Positions 27,929-39,646 of a stretch of 64,000 nt of DNA are shown here, in pieces. Origin of the DNA: Nitrospinota bacterium (GTDB lineage: Bacteria > Nitrospinota > Nitrospinia > Nitrospinales > VA-1); contig DUZG01000003.1 in NCBI GenBank assembly GCA_013349585.1, positions 15,707 to 79,706 of the forward strand, written 5' to 3'. The notes under the pieces are model-generated. The model worked only from the letters and a program-made list of their open reading frames with translations. It was not told where the DNA came from and ran no database searches. Position numbers and translations under genes: made by a program. The stretch's first letter is position 1; every line of letters begins with the position of its first letter.

Positions 27929-28037
27929 CGTAATTTGACTGGAACAATGGTAAATGCCTTCCTTTATGTCTCAGGGGATTTTCTTTCTACCTAATTCCAT
28001 ATAAAGTGGTATATTTCTGCGAGCAATTTGGCAATAA

Positions 28038-28119
28038 GCCGGTGTGGTGAAATTGGTATACACGCTAGTTTTAGGAACTAGTGCTTTCGGGCGTGGGGGT
28101 TCGAGTCCCTCCACCGGCA
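28038..28119 (+). tRNA. tRNA-Leu (anticodon TAG)
   Basis: Acceptor stem GCCGGTG/CACCGGC, D-loop TGG, anticodon arm CTAGT-TTTAGGA-ACTAG, variable arm, T-loop GTTCGAG; CCA not encoded; usual position before tig. Confidence 0.96.
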
Positions 28120-28228
28120 TTCCTCGGAGGAAGAAGTAATAGGAGTTGCCAAATCTTAATTTATGCCGACAAAATGAAAACTCAGTTTTATAAGCCTTTG
28201 TTAAAACTTTAGAAAAATTGAAAGCTAT

Positions 28229-29584
28229 ATGAAGATCGAAATTGAAGACATTGATTCTTGTAATAAGAAAATTAATTTTGTAGTTCCTTATCAGGATTAC
28301 AAAAAAGAAGTGGACAAGTACTATCAGAAACTGGGAAGAGAGGTTAAAGTCCCTGGTTTTCGTAAAGGTAAAGTGCCTGCCTCCCTGTTAGAAAAGCAGT
28401 TTGGGCCTGATGTTAAAAAAGAGGTGTTGAGCAACCTCATCAGTGATCGTCTGAACCAGGCTATCGCTGAAAAGGAATTGCGTGCCATCGGTCAACCGCA
28501 TCTTTTGGAGGTCAACGCAGAGGAAGGTACCGATATTTCTGTATCCGCTTCGCTAGAAGTGTTGCCGAGTATCGATATTCAAGATTATTCGGGGATGGAG
28601 ATGGAGATGAAAGTGCCCCGTATCACTGATGAAGAAGTCAATCAGACTATTGAGACTTTTCGTCAAAGAAAAGCAAAAACTATAGAGATTACGGATCGTC
28701 CTGTGGAGGAAGATGACCTTATAAAAGTCGACTTCACAAGCAAAATGGGAGACCAGCCCTTTGAAGGTGGAACAGCCCAGGACCAAGCCATTCGAGTAGG
28801 ATCGGGTCAGCTAATCGAAGGTTTGGACAAAGGTATGGTTGGCATGAAGATCGGGGAAAACCGCGAAATTCAGGTGAAGGTGCCAGAGGACTACCAGGGT
28901 AAAGAAATCGCCGGTAAAGATGTCGATTTCAATGTCACCTTGAAAGGCATTCAGGAGCAGGAACTGCCAGAGCTTAATGATGATTTTGCACGCGAAGTGG
29001 ATGCTGAAAAGAAATATGAAAGTATGGAAGACATGAAAGCTAAGGTCCGGGTTGAGTTGGAGGGATATGAGCGCGATGAAGCTAAAAAGGCCGTCAAAAA
29101 AACACTTGCGGATAAACTTGCCGAGCAAAACCCTGTCGAGTTGCCCGAAGGCTTGATCAAAGAGCAAGTCAAGTTCATGTCTGATCAGGCTAATAAGAAG
29201 CAAGGGAAAGAAGCTAAACATGATCATGGTCACGACCATGATCACGACCACGATCATGAAGAAGAGGTTTCACCCGAGCTGATTGAAAAATATAAGGAAC
29301 CTGCTGTCAAAGCTCTTCGAGAAGAGCTAATTCTGGATCAATTATCCCGTGACTTGGAATTGGAGGTTACTCCAGAGGAGCTGGATCAAGAATTGCAAAA
29401 TATGGCCCAGTTGTTAGGGGGTGGGGACAACCTGCAACAAATGAAAAAGGAATGGGAAAAGAACGGTGTGCTTGCACGTTTGCACAGTCGTATGAAACGC
29501 GATAAGACCCTAAATGCAGCCCTTGAAAAAGTAACATTGAAGGAAGTAATGGTTGACAGAAAAGATTTAATTGCAGATAATTGA
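28229..29584 (+). CDS. tig: Trigger factor
   Basis: PGFRKGKVP ribosome-binding motif, FKBP domain, tig-clpP-clpX-lon synteny. Confidence 0.96.
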   Translation: MKIEIEDIDSCNKKINFVVPYQDYKKEVDKYYQKLGREVKVPGFRKGKVPASLLEKQFGPDVKKEVLSNLISDRLNQAIAEKELRAIGQPHLLEVNAEEGTDISVSASLEVLPSIDIQDYSGMEMEMKVPRITDEEVNQTIETFRQRKAKTIEITDRPVEEDDLIKVDFTSKMGDQPFEGGTAQDQAIRVGSGQLIEGLDKGMVGMKIGENREIQVKVPEDYQGKEIAGKDVDFNVTLKGIQEQELPELNDDFAREVDAEKKYESMEDMKAKVRVELEGYERDEAKKAVKKTLADKLAEQNPVELPEGLIKEQVKFMSDQANKKQGKEAKHDHGHDHDHDHDHEEEVSPELIEKYKEPAVKALREELILDQLSRDLELEVTPEELDQELQNMAQLLGGGDNLQQMKKEWEKNGVLARLHSRMKRDKTLNAALEKVTLKEVMVDRKDLIADN

Positions 29585-29708
29585 TAGTCAAGCTGTCTTT
29601 AGTTATCAAGCTATTTCTAAATGACTTTCAAGCCAATAATCCTTTCTGATCCCTGTTTGGTTTCAGAGGGTGGTTCATCTTACCTGAAGTCCTAATCAAG
29701 AGAGAAAA

Positions 29709-30329
29709 ATGAATTCCATTCACAACCAATTAGTACCCATTGTTGTAGAGCAAACCAGTCGCGGCGAAAGGTCTTACGACATTTATTCGCGCCTCTTAAA
29801 AGACCGGATCATTTTCATCGGTACTGCCATTGACGATCACATGGCAAACCTTATTATTGCACAATTATTATTTCTTGAGTCGGATGAGCCGGATCAGGAT
29901 ATTTATATTTATCTCAATAGTCCGGGCGGTCAGGTCAGTTCGGGGATGGCTATTTACGATACGATGCAATACATCAAACCTGATGTTCAGACTATTTGTA
30001 TTGGTCAGGCCGCCAGCATGGGCTCTTTGCTTCTTGCAGCTGGAGCGCCAAAAAAGCGTTTTGCTCTACCGCATTCGAGAATCATGATTCATCAGCCTAG
30101 TGGCGGGTTCCAGGGGCAGCACAGCGATATCGAAATTCAGGCCAAAGAGATTTCCCGGATTCGAACTATATTAGACGGTATCCTTGCAAAACACTCAGGC
30201 AAAGATGTTGCCCAGATTAACAAGGATACTGAGCGCGATAATTATATGACCGCAGAGGAAGCGAAAAATTACGGCTTGATAGACAGTGTTATTAGCAATC
30301 GTGAAGAAGTGAAAAAAGATAAAAAGTAA
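29709..30329 (+). CDS. clpP: ATP-dependent Clp protease proteolytic subunit
   Basis: [29 protein letters not shown]. Confidence 0.98.
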   Translation: MNSIHNQLVPIVVEQTSRGERSYDIYSRLLKDRIIFIGTAIDDHMANLIIAQLLFLESDEPDQDIYIYLNSPGGQVSSGMAIYDTMQYIKPDVQTICIGQAASMGSLLLAAGAPKKRFALPHSRIMIHQPSGGFQGQHSDIEIQAKEISRIRTILDGILAKHSGKDVAQINKDTERDNYMTAEEAKNYGLIDSVISNREEVKKDKK

Positions 30330-30369
30330 AACGGATTTTTAACTACATCGAGTTAAGGTCGAGGACTTT

Positions 30370-31617
30370 ATGGCAAAGAAAAGCACAACCACCGGGAATT
30401 ACCGCTGTTCTTTTTGCGGCAAGAGTCAGGAAGAAGTCAAGAAACTGATTGCCGGGTCCAGCGTCTATATCTGTGACGAATGCATTGAGCTATGCAATGA
30501 AATCATGGTGGAAGAGTGGGCCCAGGAAAAGTGTGAAGACTTCCAGCATTTGCTGAAGCCAAAAGAAATTTATAATCATCTTGATCAATACATTATTAAT
30601 CAGGAGCGTTGTAAAAAAATTCTTTCCGTTGCCGTTCACAATCATTTCAAGCGCGTTGATTCGAACCTTGATATGGATGATGTGGAGTTGCAAAAAAGTA
30701 ATGTGTTGTTGATCGGGCCTACCGGCTCCGGGAAAACACTCATGGCGCAAACGCTAGCGCGTATCGTTGATGTCCCGTTCACCATTGTTGATGCGACGAC
30801 ATTGACGGAGGCGGGTTATGTCGGAGAAGATGTCGAGAACATTATCCTCAAGCTTCTGCAAAGTGCTGATTACGATGTCGAGAAAGCCGAGCGAGGGATT
30901 ATTTATATTGATGAAGTCGATAAGATTTCTCGGAAATCAGAAAACCTGTCCATCACTCGCGATGTGTCTGGGGAGGGTGTCCAGCAGGCGTTGCTAAAAA
31001 TCATTGAAGGCACAACTGCTAGCGTTCCACCGCAGGGTGGACGTAAGCATCCTCATCAGGAATTTCTGCAGGTAGATACCACCAATATATTATTTGTTTG
31101 TGGTGGTGCATTTGTGGGTATGAGTGAAATTATTCGCAATCGGGTTGGCAAAAAAAGCCTTGGATTTGGACAAAAAATCGTTTCCAAGACTGAGTTGGAG
31201 CAAGAAGATTTTCTTGAAAAAATTCAACCTGAAGATCTGCTTAAGTATGGTTTAATCCCTGAGTTTGTCGGACGGTTTTCAGCGGTGGCTACACTTAAAG
31301 AGTTAGACATAGAAGCGCTGATAAAAGTTATGACCGAGCCGAAGAACGCGCTGGTCAAGCAATACAAAAAACTATTTGAGTTTGAAGACATTAAGCTTAA
31401 GTTTACGGATGGTGCTGTTAAAGCTATCGCCGAAAAAGCGATTGAGCGAAAAACTGGAGCAAGAGGTTTACGCGCCGTGATGGAAGAAACTATGCTTGAA
31501 ATTATGTTCGAGCTACCTTCGCAAAAAGAAGTCGAAGAAGTTGTTATTAATGAAGAAGTCGTTGCCAAAGGTGAAAAGCCCATAATGGTTTACGCGAAAA
31601 AGAAACAGGCCAGTTAG
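30370..31617 (+). CDS. clpX: ATP-dependent Clp protease ATP-binding subunit ClpX
   Basis: C4 zinc finger, [26 protein letters not shown] loop, GARGLR. Confidence 0.98.
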   Translation: MAKKSTTTGNYRCSFCGKSQEEVKKLIAGSSVYICDECIELCNEIMVEEWAQEKCEDFQHLLKPKEIYNHLDQYIINQERCKKILSVAVHNHFKRVDSNLDMDDVELQKSNVLLIGPTGSGKTLMAQTLARIVDVPFTIVDATTLTEAGYVGEDVENIILKLLQSADYDVEKAERGIIYIDEVDKISRKSENLSITRDVSGEGVQQALLKIIEGTTASVPPQGGRKHPHQEFLQVDTTNILFVCGGAFVGMSEIIRNRVGKKSLGFGQKIVSKTELEQEDFLEKIQPEDLLKYGLIPEFVGRFSAVATLKELDIEALIKVMTEPKNALVKQYKKLFEFEDIKLKFTDGAVKAIAEKAIERKTGARGLRAVMEETMLEIMFELPSQKEVEEVVINEEVVAKGEKPIMVYAKKKQAS

Positions 31618-31621
31618 CATT

Positions 31622-34024
31622 ATGGGTTCCGATAAAATTGTTCTACCGCTTCTCCCTTTAAGGGATATCATAGTATTCCCGTTCATGGTTCTACCCTTGT
31701 TCGTGGGCAGAGATAAGTCTGTACTCGCTTTGGAGAAATCCATGGCAGAACAAAAAAGCATTTTCCTTTCCGCTCAACGCAATCCCAGTAATAACGACCC
31801 GCAGCCGGCAGACATTTTCGAAATCGGGACCATAGCCAATATTCTACAGATATTGAAGCTGACAGACGGCACTATGAAGGTGTTGGTCGAAGGGCTCCAA
31901 AGAGGCCGTATTGAGACCTTTAAGGAGAATCCTGATTACTTTGAAGTGGAGGTCAACCGAATCCATGAAAACGATCAGCTCACTGCCGAAGTGAAAGCCA
32001 TGATGCGAACTGTCGGGACTGTGTTCGAGCAATATGTAAAGCTCAACCAGAAGATACCGCTAGAAGCGGTTGCCGCAAGCGCAAACATTCTTGAGCCGCA
32101 TCGTTATGCAGACACCATTGCTTCATACATGGTTTTTCAGGCACAAGAAAAACAGGATCTGCTGGAAACGCTGAACCCTGAAGAACGTCTGGATAAATTG
32201 TTCGGAATTTTAAAGTCAGAAATGGAAGTCCTTAAGATTGAGAAGCGCGTTCATGGGCGGGTGCGCAAGCAAATGGAGCGCAGTCAGAAAGAGTTTTATC
32301 TGAATGAGCAGATGAAGGCTATTCAAAAAGAACTTGGCAAGCGTGATGAATTTAAGAGTGACTTCGATGAGTTAAAGGGGAAAATCAAAAAAGCAAAAAT
32401 GCCGAAAGAGGTCAACGAGAAGGCCAAGAAAGAATTGAAGCGGCTGGAGCTCATGCAGCCGATGTCGGCAGAAGCCACAGTGGCGCGGACTTACATCGAA
32501 TGGCTTGCAGATTTGCCGTGGGAAAAAGCTGTGGGGACCGATAAAATTAAAATTCCGGAAGCCCAAAAAATTCTCGATGAAGACCATTATGGGTTGGAAA
32601 AAGTAAAAGAGCGCATCACCGAACATCTGGCAGTTTTAAAGCTGGTGAAAAAAATAAAAGGTCCCATTATCTGTCTTGTCGGTCCCCCCGGTGTTGGTAA
32701 AACATCGTTGGGTAAATCCATTGGTCGCGCCATGGGTCGAAAATTCGTCCGTATATCCCTCGGTGGAGTTCGCGATGAAGCGGAGATTCGCGGCCACCGG
32801 CGTACCTATATCGGTGCTTTGCCCGGTAAAATAATTCAAGGCATGAAAAAGGCCGAGGTGCATAATCCTGTATTCATGCTTGATGAAATCGACAAAATGA
32901 ACGCCGATTTTCGTGGTGATCCGGCATCTGCATTATTGGAAGTGCTTGACCCAGAACAAAATGGAACTTTTAACGATCACTATCTCGAAATCGATTACGA
33001 CCTTTCAAACGTTTTATTTATATGTACCGCGAATGTATTGCATTCCATTCCGGGACCATTATTGGACAGAATGGAAGTGCTGCACCTTCCCGGTTATACC
33101 GATCAAGAAAAACTTGGTATTGCCCAGAGGTTTCTGGTGCCAAAGAAAGTCGCTGAGCATGGATTGACTGAAAAGAATATCGAAATTTCTGAAAAAACTC
33201 TCGAACGAATTATTCAAGATTTCACCCGCGAAGCCGGAGTAAGGAGCTTGGAACGGGAGATTGGAACTCTTTGTCGTAAAGTTGTCAGAGTCGTAGTGGA
33301 AAAAGGTAAGAAGACCCATGTCAAAATCACGCCTGCCAGTTTGGAAAAATATCTAGGCATTCCCAAATACAAACGCTCAGAGAGCGAAGGTCCACTTGAT
33401 ATCGGTTCGGCAATTGGATTGGCATGGACAGAGTTGGGTGGCGAAATTCTTTCGATTGAAGTCACTGTCCTTCCCGGAACAGGGAAACTCTTGCCCACCG
33501 GGCAGTTGGGCGATGTTATGAAAGAATCGGCGCAAGCCGCGATGACTTATGTTCGCTCACGCGCAGCTGACTTTGGGTTGGTTAAAAATTTCTACCAGAA
33601 AAATGATTTTTTTATCCATATTCCTGAAGGTGCAGTTCCTAAAGATGGTCCTTCAGCAGGTATCACCATGGCGGTGGCGCTGGTTTCAGCTCTCACTAAA
33701 ACTGCGTTGCGTCACGACGTTGCCATGACTGGAGAGTTGACGTTGACTGGAAAAGTTTTGCCGATTGGCGGGCTAAAAGAAAAAGTTCTCGCTGCGCATC
33801 GACATGGTATTCACAACCTGATCATACCTGTTGAGAACGAAAAAGATATTGCAGATATCCCGGAGAATATAAGAAAAACCATCCAGTTTTTTCCCGCTAC
33901 TACAATGGATGATGTACTTCAGCATTCCTTCCACAAAAAATTCAAAAAGAAAAAACCAGCCGTACGAAAAACCAAAAAACCCTCAAAAACAGCAAATAAA
34001 CAACCGGCTCTCCGTATCAACTAA
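31622..34024 (+). CDS. lon: Lon protease
   Basis: LON N-domain, [24 protein letters not shown]. Confidence 0.98.
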   Translation: MGSDKIVLPLLPLRDIIVFPFMVLPLFVGRDKSVLALEKSMAEQKSIFLSAQRNPSNNDPQPADIFEIGTIANILQILKLTDGTMKVLVEGLQRGRIETFKENPDYFEVEVNRIHENDQLTAEVKAMMRTVGTVFEQYVKLNQKIPLEAVAASANILEPHRYADTIASYMVFQAQEKQDLLETLNPEERLDKLFGILKSEMEVLKIEKRVHGRVRKQMERSQKEFYLNEQMKAIQKELGKRDEFKSDFDELKGKIKKAKMPKEVNEKAKKELKRLELMQPMSAEATVARTYIEWLADLPWEKAVGTDKIKIPEAQKILDEDHYGLEKVKERITEHLAVLKLVKKIKGPIICLVGPPGVGKTSLGKSIGRAMGRKFVRISLGGVRDEAEIRGHRRTYIGALPGKIIQGMKKAEVHNPVFMLDEIDKMNADFRGDPASALLEVLDPEQNGTFNDHYLEIDYDLSNVLFICTANVLHSIPGPLLDRMEVLHLPGYTDQEKLGIAQRFLVPKKVAEHGLTEKNIEISEKTLERIIQDFTREAGVRSLEREIGTLCRKVVRVVVEKGKKTHVKITPASLEKYLGIPKYKRSESEGPLDIGSAIGLAWTELGGEILSIEVTVLPGTGKLLPTGQLGDVMKESAQAAMTYVRSRAADFGLVKNFYQKNDFFIHIPEGAVPKDGPSAGITMAVALVSALTKTALRHDVAMTGELTLTGKVLPIGGLKEKVLAAHRHGIHNLIIPVENEKDIADIPENIRKTIQFFPATTMDDVLQHSFHKKFKKKKPAVRKTKKPSKTANKQPALRIN

Positions 34025-34082
34025 CCCTCTGGAGAGGGATAATAGGTTCTATTTATCTTACTGCGAAGTAACTTGTTATGTT

Positions 34083-35625
34083 ATGGGGGCTCCTGAGAAT
34101 TTGGCAACAGTTGAAAAAGCGGCAGCCGCTACGGTTCAGGAATTTATAGAAGACCTCGATAGAACCGCCATTGAGCCTGAAACTATTCTACCCAAACTTA
34201 AAATTCAATCAGTTGAAACTCCTCAAGTCACTGAAGCAGAAAAGACACCCATAGCCTAGCCAATAGCTGATGTAACAAAAATAGGAAATTATCAAATCCA
34301 GGTACTCCTTAAGAGATAAAACCGAAGCAGAACAACACAGGGAAGAACTGGCGAAAGGAGGGTTTGATGTGTTCTTGAAAAAGGCAATCAAAGAAAAAAC
34401 TTTTAAAGGAAGCCCAGGAATAAATCTATTAAAAAACCTGGAGCAAAAACCCAAACCAATGCGTTCAAATTCTAAAGAAGTAAAAAAATTTGTTCTTCTT
34501 ATTGTTGTCCCAGCTTCCATTCTAGTTTTATTACTGGTTGCCAATCCCTTCACACCAAAACCCAAGATTGTCAACAAACCACCAGTCGTGTCTTTAACTC
34601 CTTCAGCACCGGCTGGCTCCAGTACCACAAAAGAGGAAGGTTGTTAACCCCACTAGCTCGTCCTGTTGAACCGGTTGTGCAAAAACCCGTGCCGTAAAAA
34701 ATTCAAAAAGATGGGCCGGTAATGGAATCTGGAATGAAAGAGGTCCTTCTTTAAAAAGAGAACTCTCAGGTAGGATCAATCAAATCCACTCCATAAATAA
34801 CAAAACCTGTAGCTCGGATAGAATTAAAAGAAACTCCGGATTCGCCCCCTGCGGCAATAAGAATTATCCCCAATCCACCGGCGCAGAAAAATAAGAAAAT
34901 CAAAGCTGCGAACAAACAGGAGCAGGTATCCAAACCTACTGTAAAAAAGAAAACCAAAAAAATTGCTGCTAAAAATATTAAAAACCAGCTAGAGAGCAGG
35001 TCGCGGATCTACCAAGAAAGCAAAAGAAATAAGGTTCCCAACCACACCAGAACCAAAAATTTATGCAAACAGCAATTATTACTTCAACAGAGCAATATTT
35101 TTTCAGAAGTACAAATCTTGGAATAAGGCATAGTCAAATTACTCTAAAGCGGCTGCACTCAGCCCGGATAGAGCTTATATTTACAATAATATGGGGGTTA
35201 TTTATAAAGAGTTAAAAAAATATGACAGGGCCATTGAAGAATTCCTGAGAGCTTTCTATCTTAACCCAAATTACGCAAAGCCCTATAATAATATTGGCGT
35301 GGTATACTACGCGAAAGAAAATTTTTCCAGTCCTATTCGCAATTACCAGAAAGCCATAAAGATAGATCCTGAAAATTTGGAGGCGCTAAATAATCTTGCA
35401 GTGGTTTTTAAAAAGCTAGGGCAATTAGAAAAGGTCAAAGCTATATTAAATCAGGCCTTGAAATTGGGCGTGATTCATGCAGGAACTCATTATAATAGGG
35501 CAGTTTTATATGAAGAAATTGGCAACAAAAAGTCAGTCATTCACTTTTACCAAGAATTTTCGAAACTGGGTTCTACCAGCCACCCTTCGTTGGTTCAGGA
35601 AGTTAAAGAATATATAATTTTTTAA
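34083..35625 (+). pseudogene. Fragmented SPOR-domain / Pro-rich / TPR membrane protein gene(s)
   Basis: Frameshifted pieces: YQIQV..SLRDKTEAEQHREELAKGGFDVF (SPOR-like), TM helix FVLLIVVPASILVLLLV, Pro/Lys-rich linker, and TPR repeats (open 35191-35625); several stops. Confidence 0.65.
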
Positions 35626-35669
35626 AATAAGCATTGGAATATTCGCAATTTTAATGTTGAGTGAGGGCA

Positions 35670-36308
35670 ATGTTTAAAAAAGCACTAAAGAAAAATTTAA
35701 TAGCAGGACTTCTGGTTACTGTTCCTGCTGCTTTGACATACATGATTTTATCATTTGTCATTACCCGTGTTGACAAGGCGATGGAGCCTGTCATCGTTGG
35801 GGTTTTGGGGCCTCAGAATCTCAAACTAATGGATGAGTGGCATATTCCTGGTATGGGATTTTTATTCCTGGCTGTTTTTATTATTGCGGTAGGATTTGTG
35901 GGAACCAATTTTATAGGGAAAAAAGTAGTTGCTCTGGGAGAGAAGGTTCTACATAACATTCCGGTCGTCCGTGTCATATATACCAGTATTAAAAAAGTTG
36001 TTGATACAGTTTCTTTGACAGAAACACCCACCTTCGAGAAGATGGTTCTTATTACTTATCCACGAGAACCCTTGAAAACTTTGGGAATTGTTTGTTGCAA
36101 TACTCCGGAGGGAATCACTGAGGGTGAAAAAATGTTGAATGTTTTTGTGCCAACTTCGCCTAACCCAACCACAGGATTTCTTTTTATGTTACCTGAAAAG
36201 GAAACCCAGCCGCTTAAGATGTCTGTTGAGGAGGGCTTGAAAATGATTATTTCTTTTGGAATGACGCATCCAGATACTGGTGAAGAAATAACTTCTATTA
36301 AAAATTAA
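35670..36308 (+). CDS. DUF502 domain membrane protein
   Basis: IPGMG, IPVVR.IY, VFVPTSPNPTTGF, MSVEEGLK.IISFG. Confidence 0.92.
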   Translation: MFKKALKKNLIAGLLVTVPAALTYMILSFVITRVDKAMEPVIVGVLGPQNLKLMDEWHIPGMGFLFLAVFIIAVGFVGTNFIGKKVVALGEKVLHNIPVVRVIYTSIKKVVDTVSLTETPTFEKMVLITYPREPLKTLGIVCCNTPEGITEGEKMLNVFVPTSPNPTTGFLFMLPEKETQPLKMSVEEGLKMIISFGMTHPDTGEEITSIKN

Positions 36309-36320
36309 TTCAGCCGTTCT

Positions 36321-36956
36321 TTATTTTTTGTCCTCGCTTTTCATCATTTTGTCATCTTTTATTTTTTTTCCCGCAAGGGTTTCGCTAATTCGTTTGGCGA
36401 CTTTTACATCTAGTTTGCTGAGCACCTTGCCCGCGATCTTACTTTTCATTCCTGCTACGATTCTGAGAGCCAGATCGTCATCAATTGCTTCAATAAGACT
36501 AGCGGCCTCTTCAGGTTTCATACTGGAATAAACTTTGATTAAGGACTCCACATTATTCTTTATTTTCTCATCCTGAATTTCGAGTTGTTGTTTTGATTCT
36601 GATATCCCTTTTTCAATTTTATCGAGATCCTTGCTGACCTTGGCTTCAATGGCTTTTATCCTGAGTTCCTTTATGCGTAATTCTTCTTCCCGGCGTTTAA
36701 GCTCACGATTTTTCTTTTCAATCGTTTCAATCATTCGAAATGTTTCAGGGTTTACAGCGGGAACCTTGGTAGGAAGTTCCACCTTTTTTTCTTCTTCTAA
36801 TATAGGCTCGTCTGTGGTGTTTCGTTTTTCTTCTGTTTTCCCGTCAAGCATTTTGACCTGAGCGTAGGCAATACCTTCCTGCTGAGAATCGAAGGCATTT
36901 CCGACAAGAAAAGCAATGGCTGTTGCTGTGAAAATGAATAAAATTTTAATTTTCAT
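36321..36956 (-). CDS. MotE/FlbB-like flagellar protein (MgtE N-terminal-like domain)
   Basis: N-terminal hydrophobic segment, coiled coil, LIKVYSSMKPEEAA..MKSKIAGKVL; downstream of fliJ. Confidence 0.8.
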   Translation of the reverse strand: MKIKILFIFTATAIAFLVGNAFDSQQEGIAYAQVKMLDGKTEEKRNTTDEPILEEEKKVELPTKVPAVNPETFRMIETIEKKNRELKRREEELRIKELRIKAIEAKVSKDLDKIEKGISESKQQLEIQDEKIKNNVESLIKVYSSMKPEEAASLIEAIDDDLALRIVAGMKSKIAGKVLSKLDVKVAKRISETLAGKKIKDDKMMKSEDKK

Positions 36957-36957
36957 A

Positions 36958-37395
36958 TTAGATTCCTTTTCTTCCCCACAAATTTGACGCATTTTCATCT
37001 TGAATGGCGAGGTCCTTTTTTGCTCTGAGTTCTCTTTCTTTTAATATGTTTCGGTCCTTCAATATTTCCAGAGTTTTCCGGTTGCGCATTGCTTCAACAA
37101 CTTCTGCGCGTTTTACTTCTAGCTTGAGGGTGATTTCCGAAATAATCTTATCCTGTCGGGTTTTATGAACCTGAGTTCCTCGGAAAAAATTATCATAAAG
37201 AATCATTGTATTGACATCAACGTCTTGTCGTTTTTTCTGGTTTAACTCATCTTTTATATTCTCGGTAAATTCCCGCATGAAGTGTTGACTGTCCTTCTGC
37301 TTTTGTATCATGGCATTGATCTGTCCCATATCTCTTTGCAGTAGATCTTCTTTGTTTTTATTCATTCTGAGAATAGTTTCAAATCGAAAACTCAA
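36958..37395 (-). CDS. fliJ: Flagellar export protein FliJ
   Basis: FRFETIL N-terminus, RK.LE.LK..DE C-terminus, directly after fliI. Confidence 0.88.
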   Translation of the reverse strand: MSFRFETILRMNKNKEDLLQRDMGQINAMIQKQKDSQHFMREFTENIKDELNQKKRQDVDVNTMILYDNFFRGTQVHKTRQDKIISEITLKLEVKRAEVVEAMRNRKTLEILKDRNILKERELRAKKDLAIQDENASNLWGRKGI

Positions 37396-37397
37396 TT

Positions 37398-38717
37398 TTA
37401 AGCCTCCATAATTCTTTTTAACTCATCCAGGCTTGCCCGCCAATCAAAATTCTCAAACATTCCTTGTCTGAGAAACGGAATCATTTGATCATATTTTTGG
37501 ATGGCCATGTCAATTTTAGGGTTGCTGCCTTTAGTGTACGCGCCAATATTAATTAGGTCTTCAGCCGATTTATAGGTCGCAAGAAAATCCTTAAATTTCA
37601 TAGAGAATTCCTGATGCTCTTTGGTCACTACATCAATCATCAAACGGCTTACACTATTGAGTATGTCAATCGCGGGATAGTGATTGTGGGCTGCCAATTC
37701 CCGTGTCAAAACAATGTGCCCATCGAGAATAGCACGAACTGCATCAGAAATTGGTTCACTCAAATCATCTCCTTCGACTAGAACGGTATAGAGTCCGGTA
37801 ATAGATCCTTCGCTGGATGAAGTTCCGGCACGTTCCAAAAGTTTTGGTAGCATAGCAAAAACCGAAGGTGTAAAACCGCGGGTAGTTGGTGGTTCCCCTA
37901 CTGAAAGACCAATTTCTCTTTGTGCCAGAGCGAAGCGAGTAACAGAATCCATCATCAACATCACATCCTGGCCTTGATCCCTGAAATATTCTGCAATGGT
38001 AGTTGCAATGAATGCTCCGCGCAACCTTACCAGAGGCGGCTGATCCGAAGCAGCCGCAATTATGATGGAACGTTTCAGTCCTTCTTCACCAAGGTTCTCA
38101 TCGATGAATTCTTTTACTTCCCTGCCTCTTTCTCCGATCAATGCGATTACATTAATGTCAGCACTGGTATTTCTAGCGATCATTCCCATCAAAACAGATT
38201 TTCCTACGCCAGTTCCTGCTAAAATTCCTACCCGCTGACCCTTGGCAAAAGAAAGAAGACCGTTGATAGATTTAATTCCAACATCCAGAGGTTCTTTCAA
38301 TCGTTTTCTTTCTAAGGGGTTAATCGGCGTACCCATCAAGGGATATTCTGTAGTGGTAGGAATTGGACCTTTGCCATCAATAGGCAGTCCATTGCCATCA
38401 ATAATTCTGCCAAGAAGAGCATCACCGACTTTAAAAGTAGGGTACTCCTCGACCGCTTCGATAACGCTACCGGGTTCAATGCCAATTATTTCTCCTAGTG
38501 GCATGAGTAAAATGCTTTTATCTCGAAATCCTACAACCTGAGCCTGAATAGACGGTCGTTTACTAGGGTAAATGGTGCAGATACTTCCAACGGAAGCAGC
38601 TGGGCCATCTCCTTCGAGAATAAGACCAATAATACGATTGACGCGCCCAGTTTTTTTTACGAAGTCTGTTTTCTCTATAAAGGAGGTGTATTTTTTTAAA
38701 TCAATAGTTGCTTCCAT
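37398..38717 (-). CDS. fliI: Flagellar export ATPase FliI
   Basis: GQRVG..AGTGVGKS, IGERGREV, MDSVTRFA.AQREIG, GSITGLYTVLVEGDD, LDGH. Confidence 0.97.
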   Translation of the reverse strand: MEATIDLKKYTSFIEKTDFVKKTGRVNRIIGLILEGDGPAASVGSICTIYPSKRPSIQAQVVGFRDKSILLMPLGEIIGIEPGSVIEAVEEYPTFKVGDALLGRIIDGNGLPIDGKGPIPTTTEYPLMGTPINPLERKRLKEPLDVGIKSINGLLSFAKGQRVGILAGTGVGKSVLMGMIARNTSADINVIALIGERGREVKEFIDENLGEEGLKRSIIIAAASDQPPLVRLRGAFIATTIAEYFRDQGQDVMLMMDSVTRFALAQREIGLSVGEPPTTRGFTPSVFAMLPKLLERAGTSSSEGSITGLYTVLVEGDDLSEPISDAVRAILDGHIVLTRELAAHNHYPAIDILNSVSRLMIDVVTKEHQEFSMKFKDFLATYKSAEDLINIGAYTKGSNPKIDMAIQKYDQMIPFLRQGMFENFDWRASLDELKRIMEA

Positions 38718-38722
38718 TTTTA

Positions 38723-39646
38723 TTAATCCTGACTTTCTATAGAATCTGTGTCGTTGCTGTCTGATTCTTCTTCCGGTGATTGCTGATCGTTCTGTATCTC
38801 CGGTTCTTCAATTGCGGATTCTTCATCAACTGCTGGTATTTCAATAACCGAAGCCTCGGAAGCCGCAATCAATTTATCCGGTTGTGCTGGGGCAAGTTTA
38901 AGAATGCGGTCAATCTGTTCTTCCAACTTTTCTATTCGCGCATCGATCACACCAAAATTAGTTTCGACAACACAACCGCCACGTTCGATTCCTGAATGTG
39001 CGGCAAAGGTGATATTTTTTATTTCACTGAACATATGGTGCAATTCAGGCCGAAAACTTTCTGCGTATTTCTTGTCGGTGGGATGGATTTTTATAACCAT
39101 GGACTCCCGATCCAAAACAGACTGAACTGCCAGCCGAATCATATCTTGAACGGCATCCTCGCGTGTAGAAAAATCAAAATGAATGACTTTCTTGGTAAGG
39201 GAAATGACCATCTCAATCATTTCCCTTTCAACCTTGTCATACATCTCTTTTCGGAATCCTGACAGTTCTTCAACTAATTGCTGGGTGGTTTCCAAAACAG
39301 TGCTGAACTCTTCTTTGGCGGCTTCTTTTCCTTTATTAAAGCCTCCTTCGAAACCTGTATCGTATCCTTGTTTTCTGGCATTTGATTTGATCTCACCGAC
39401 CTGCTGTTTCGCCTTGTCGATAGCATCTTTAAGTAGTTGCATCACACTTACTTTTGCTTTGTCTACATTTCCCTGGTCGAAGTTTCGGGCTTTCTCAGAA
39501 TCGTATGTAAAGTCTCGACGAATGGATGGGTTTTGGATCGTCAATTCATCGAATTGAAAGGAACGCTCCTCTGAAACCGCAACGGTTTCCTTTGCATCTT
39601 TTGGCTGCAGGTCACTGGCTATAAATTGTTCGCGTATATCAGACAA
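38723..39646 (-). CDS. fliH: Flagellar assembly protein FliH
   Basis: GxxxG repeats (GYDTGFEGGFNKG), IHP.D, GGCVVET.FG.IDA; probable TTG start overlapping the fliG stop. Confidence 0.9.
   Translation of the reverse strand: MSDIREQFIASDLQPKDAKETVAVSEERSFQFDELTIQNPSIRRDFTYDSEKARNFDQGNVDKAKVSVMQLLKDAIDKAKQQVGEIKSNARKQGYDTGFEGGFNKGKEAAKEEFSTVLETTQQLVEELSGFRKEMYDKVEREMIEMVISLTKKVIHFDFSTREDAVQDMIRLAVQSVLDRESMVIKIHPTDKKYAESFRPELHHMFSEIKNITFAAHSGIERGGCVVETNFGVIDARIEKLEEQIDRILKLAPAQPDKLIAASEASVIEIPAVDEESAIEEPEIQNDQQSPEEESDSNDTDSIESQD

Noticed and set aside
28038-28228. Integrative element at tRNA-Leu
   Set aside because: No integrase or duplicated tRNA 3' end seen; tig follows directly.
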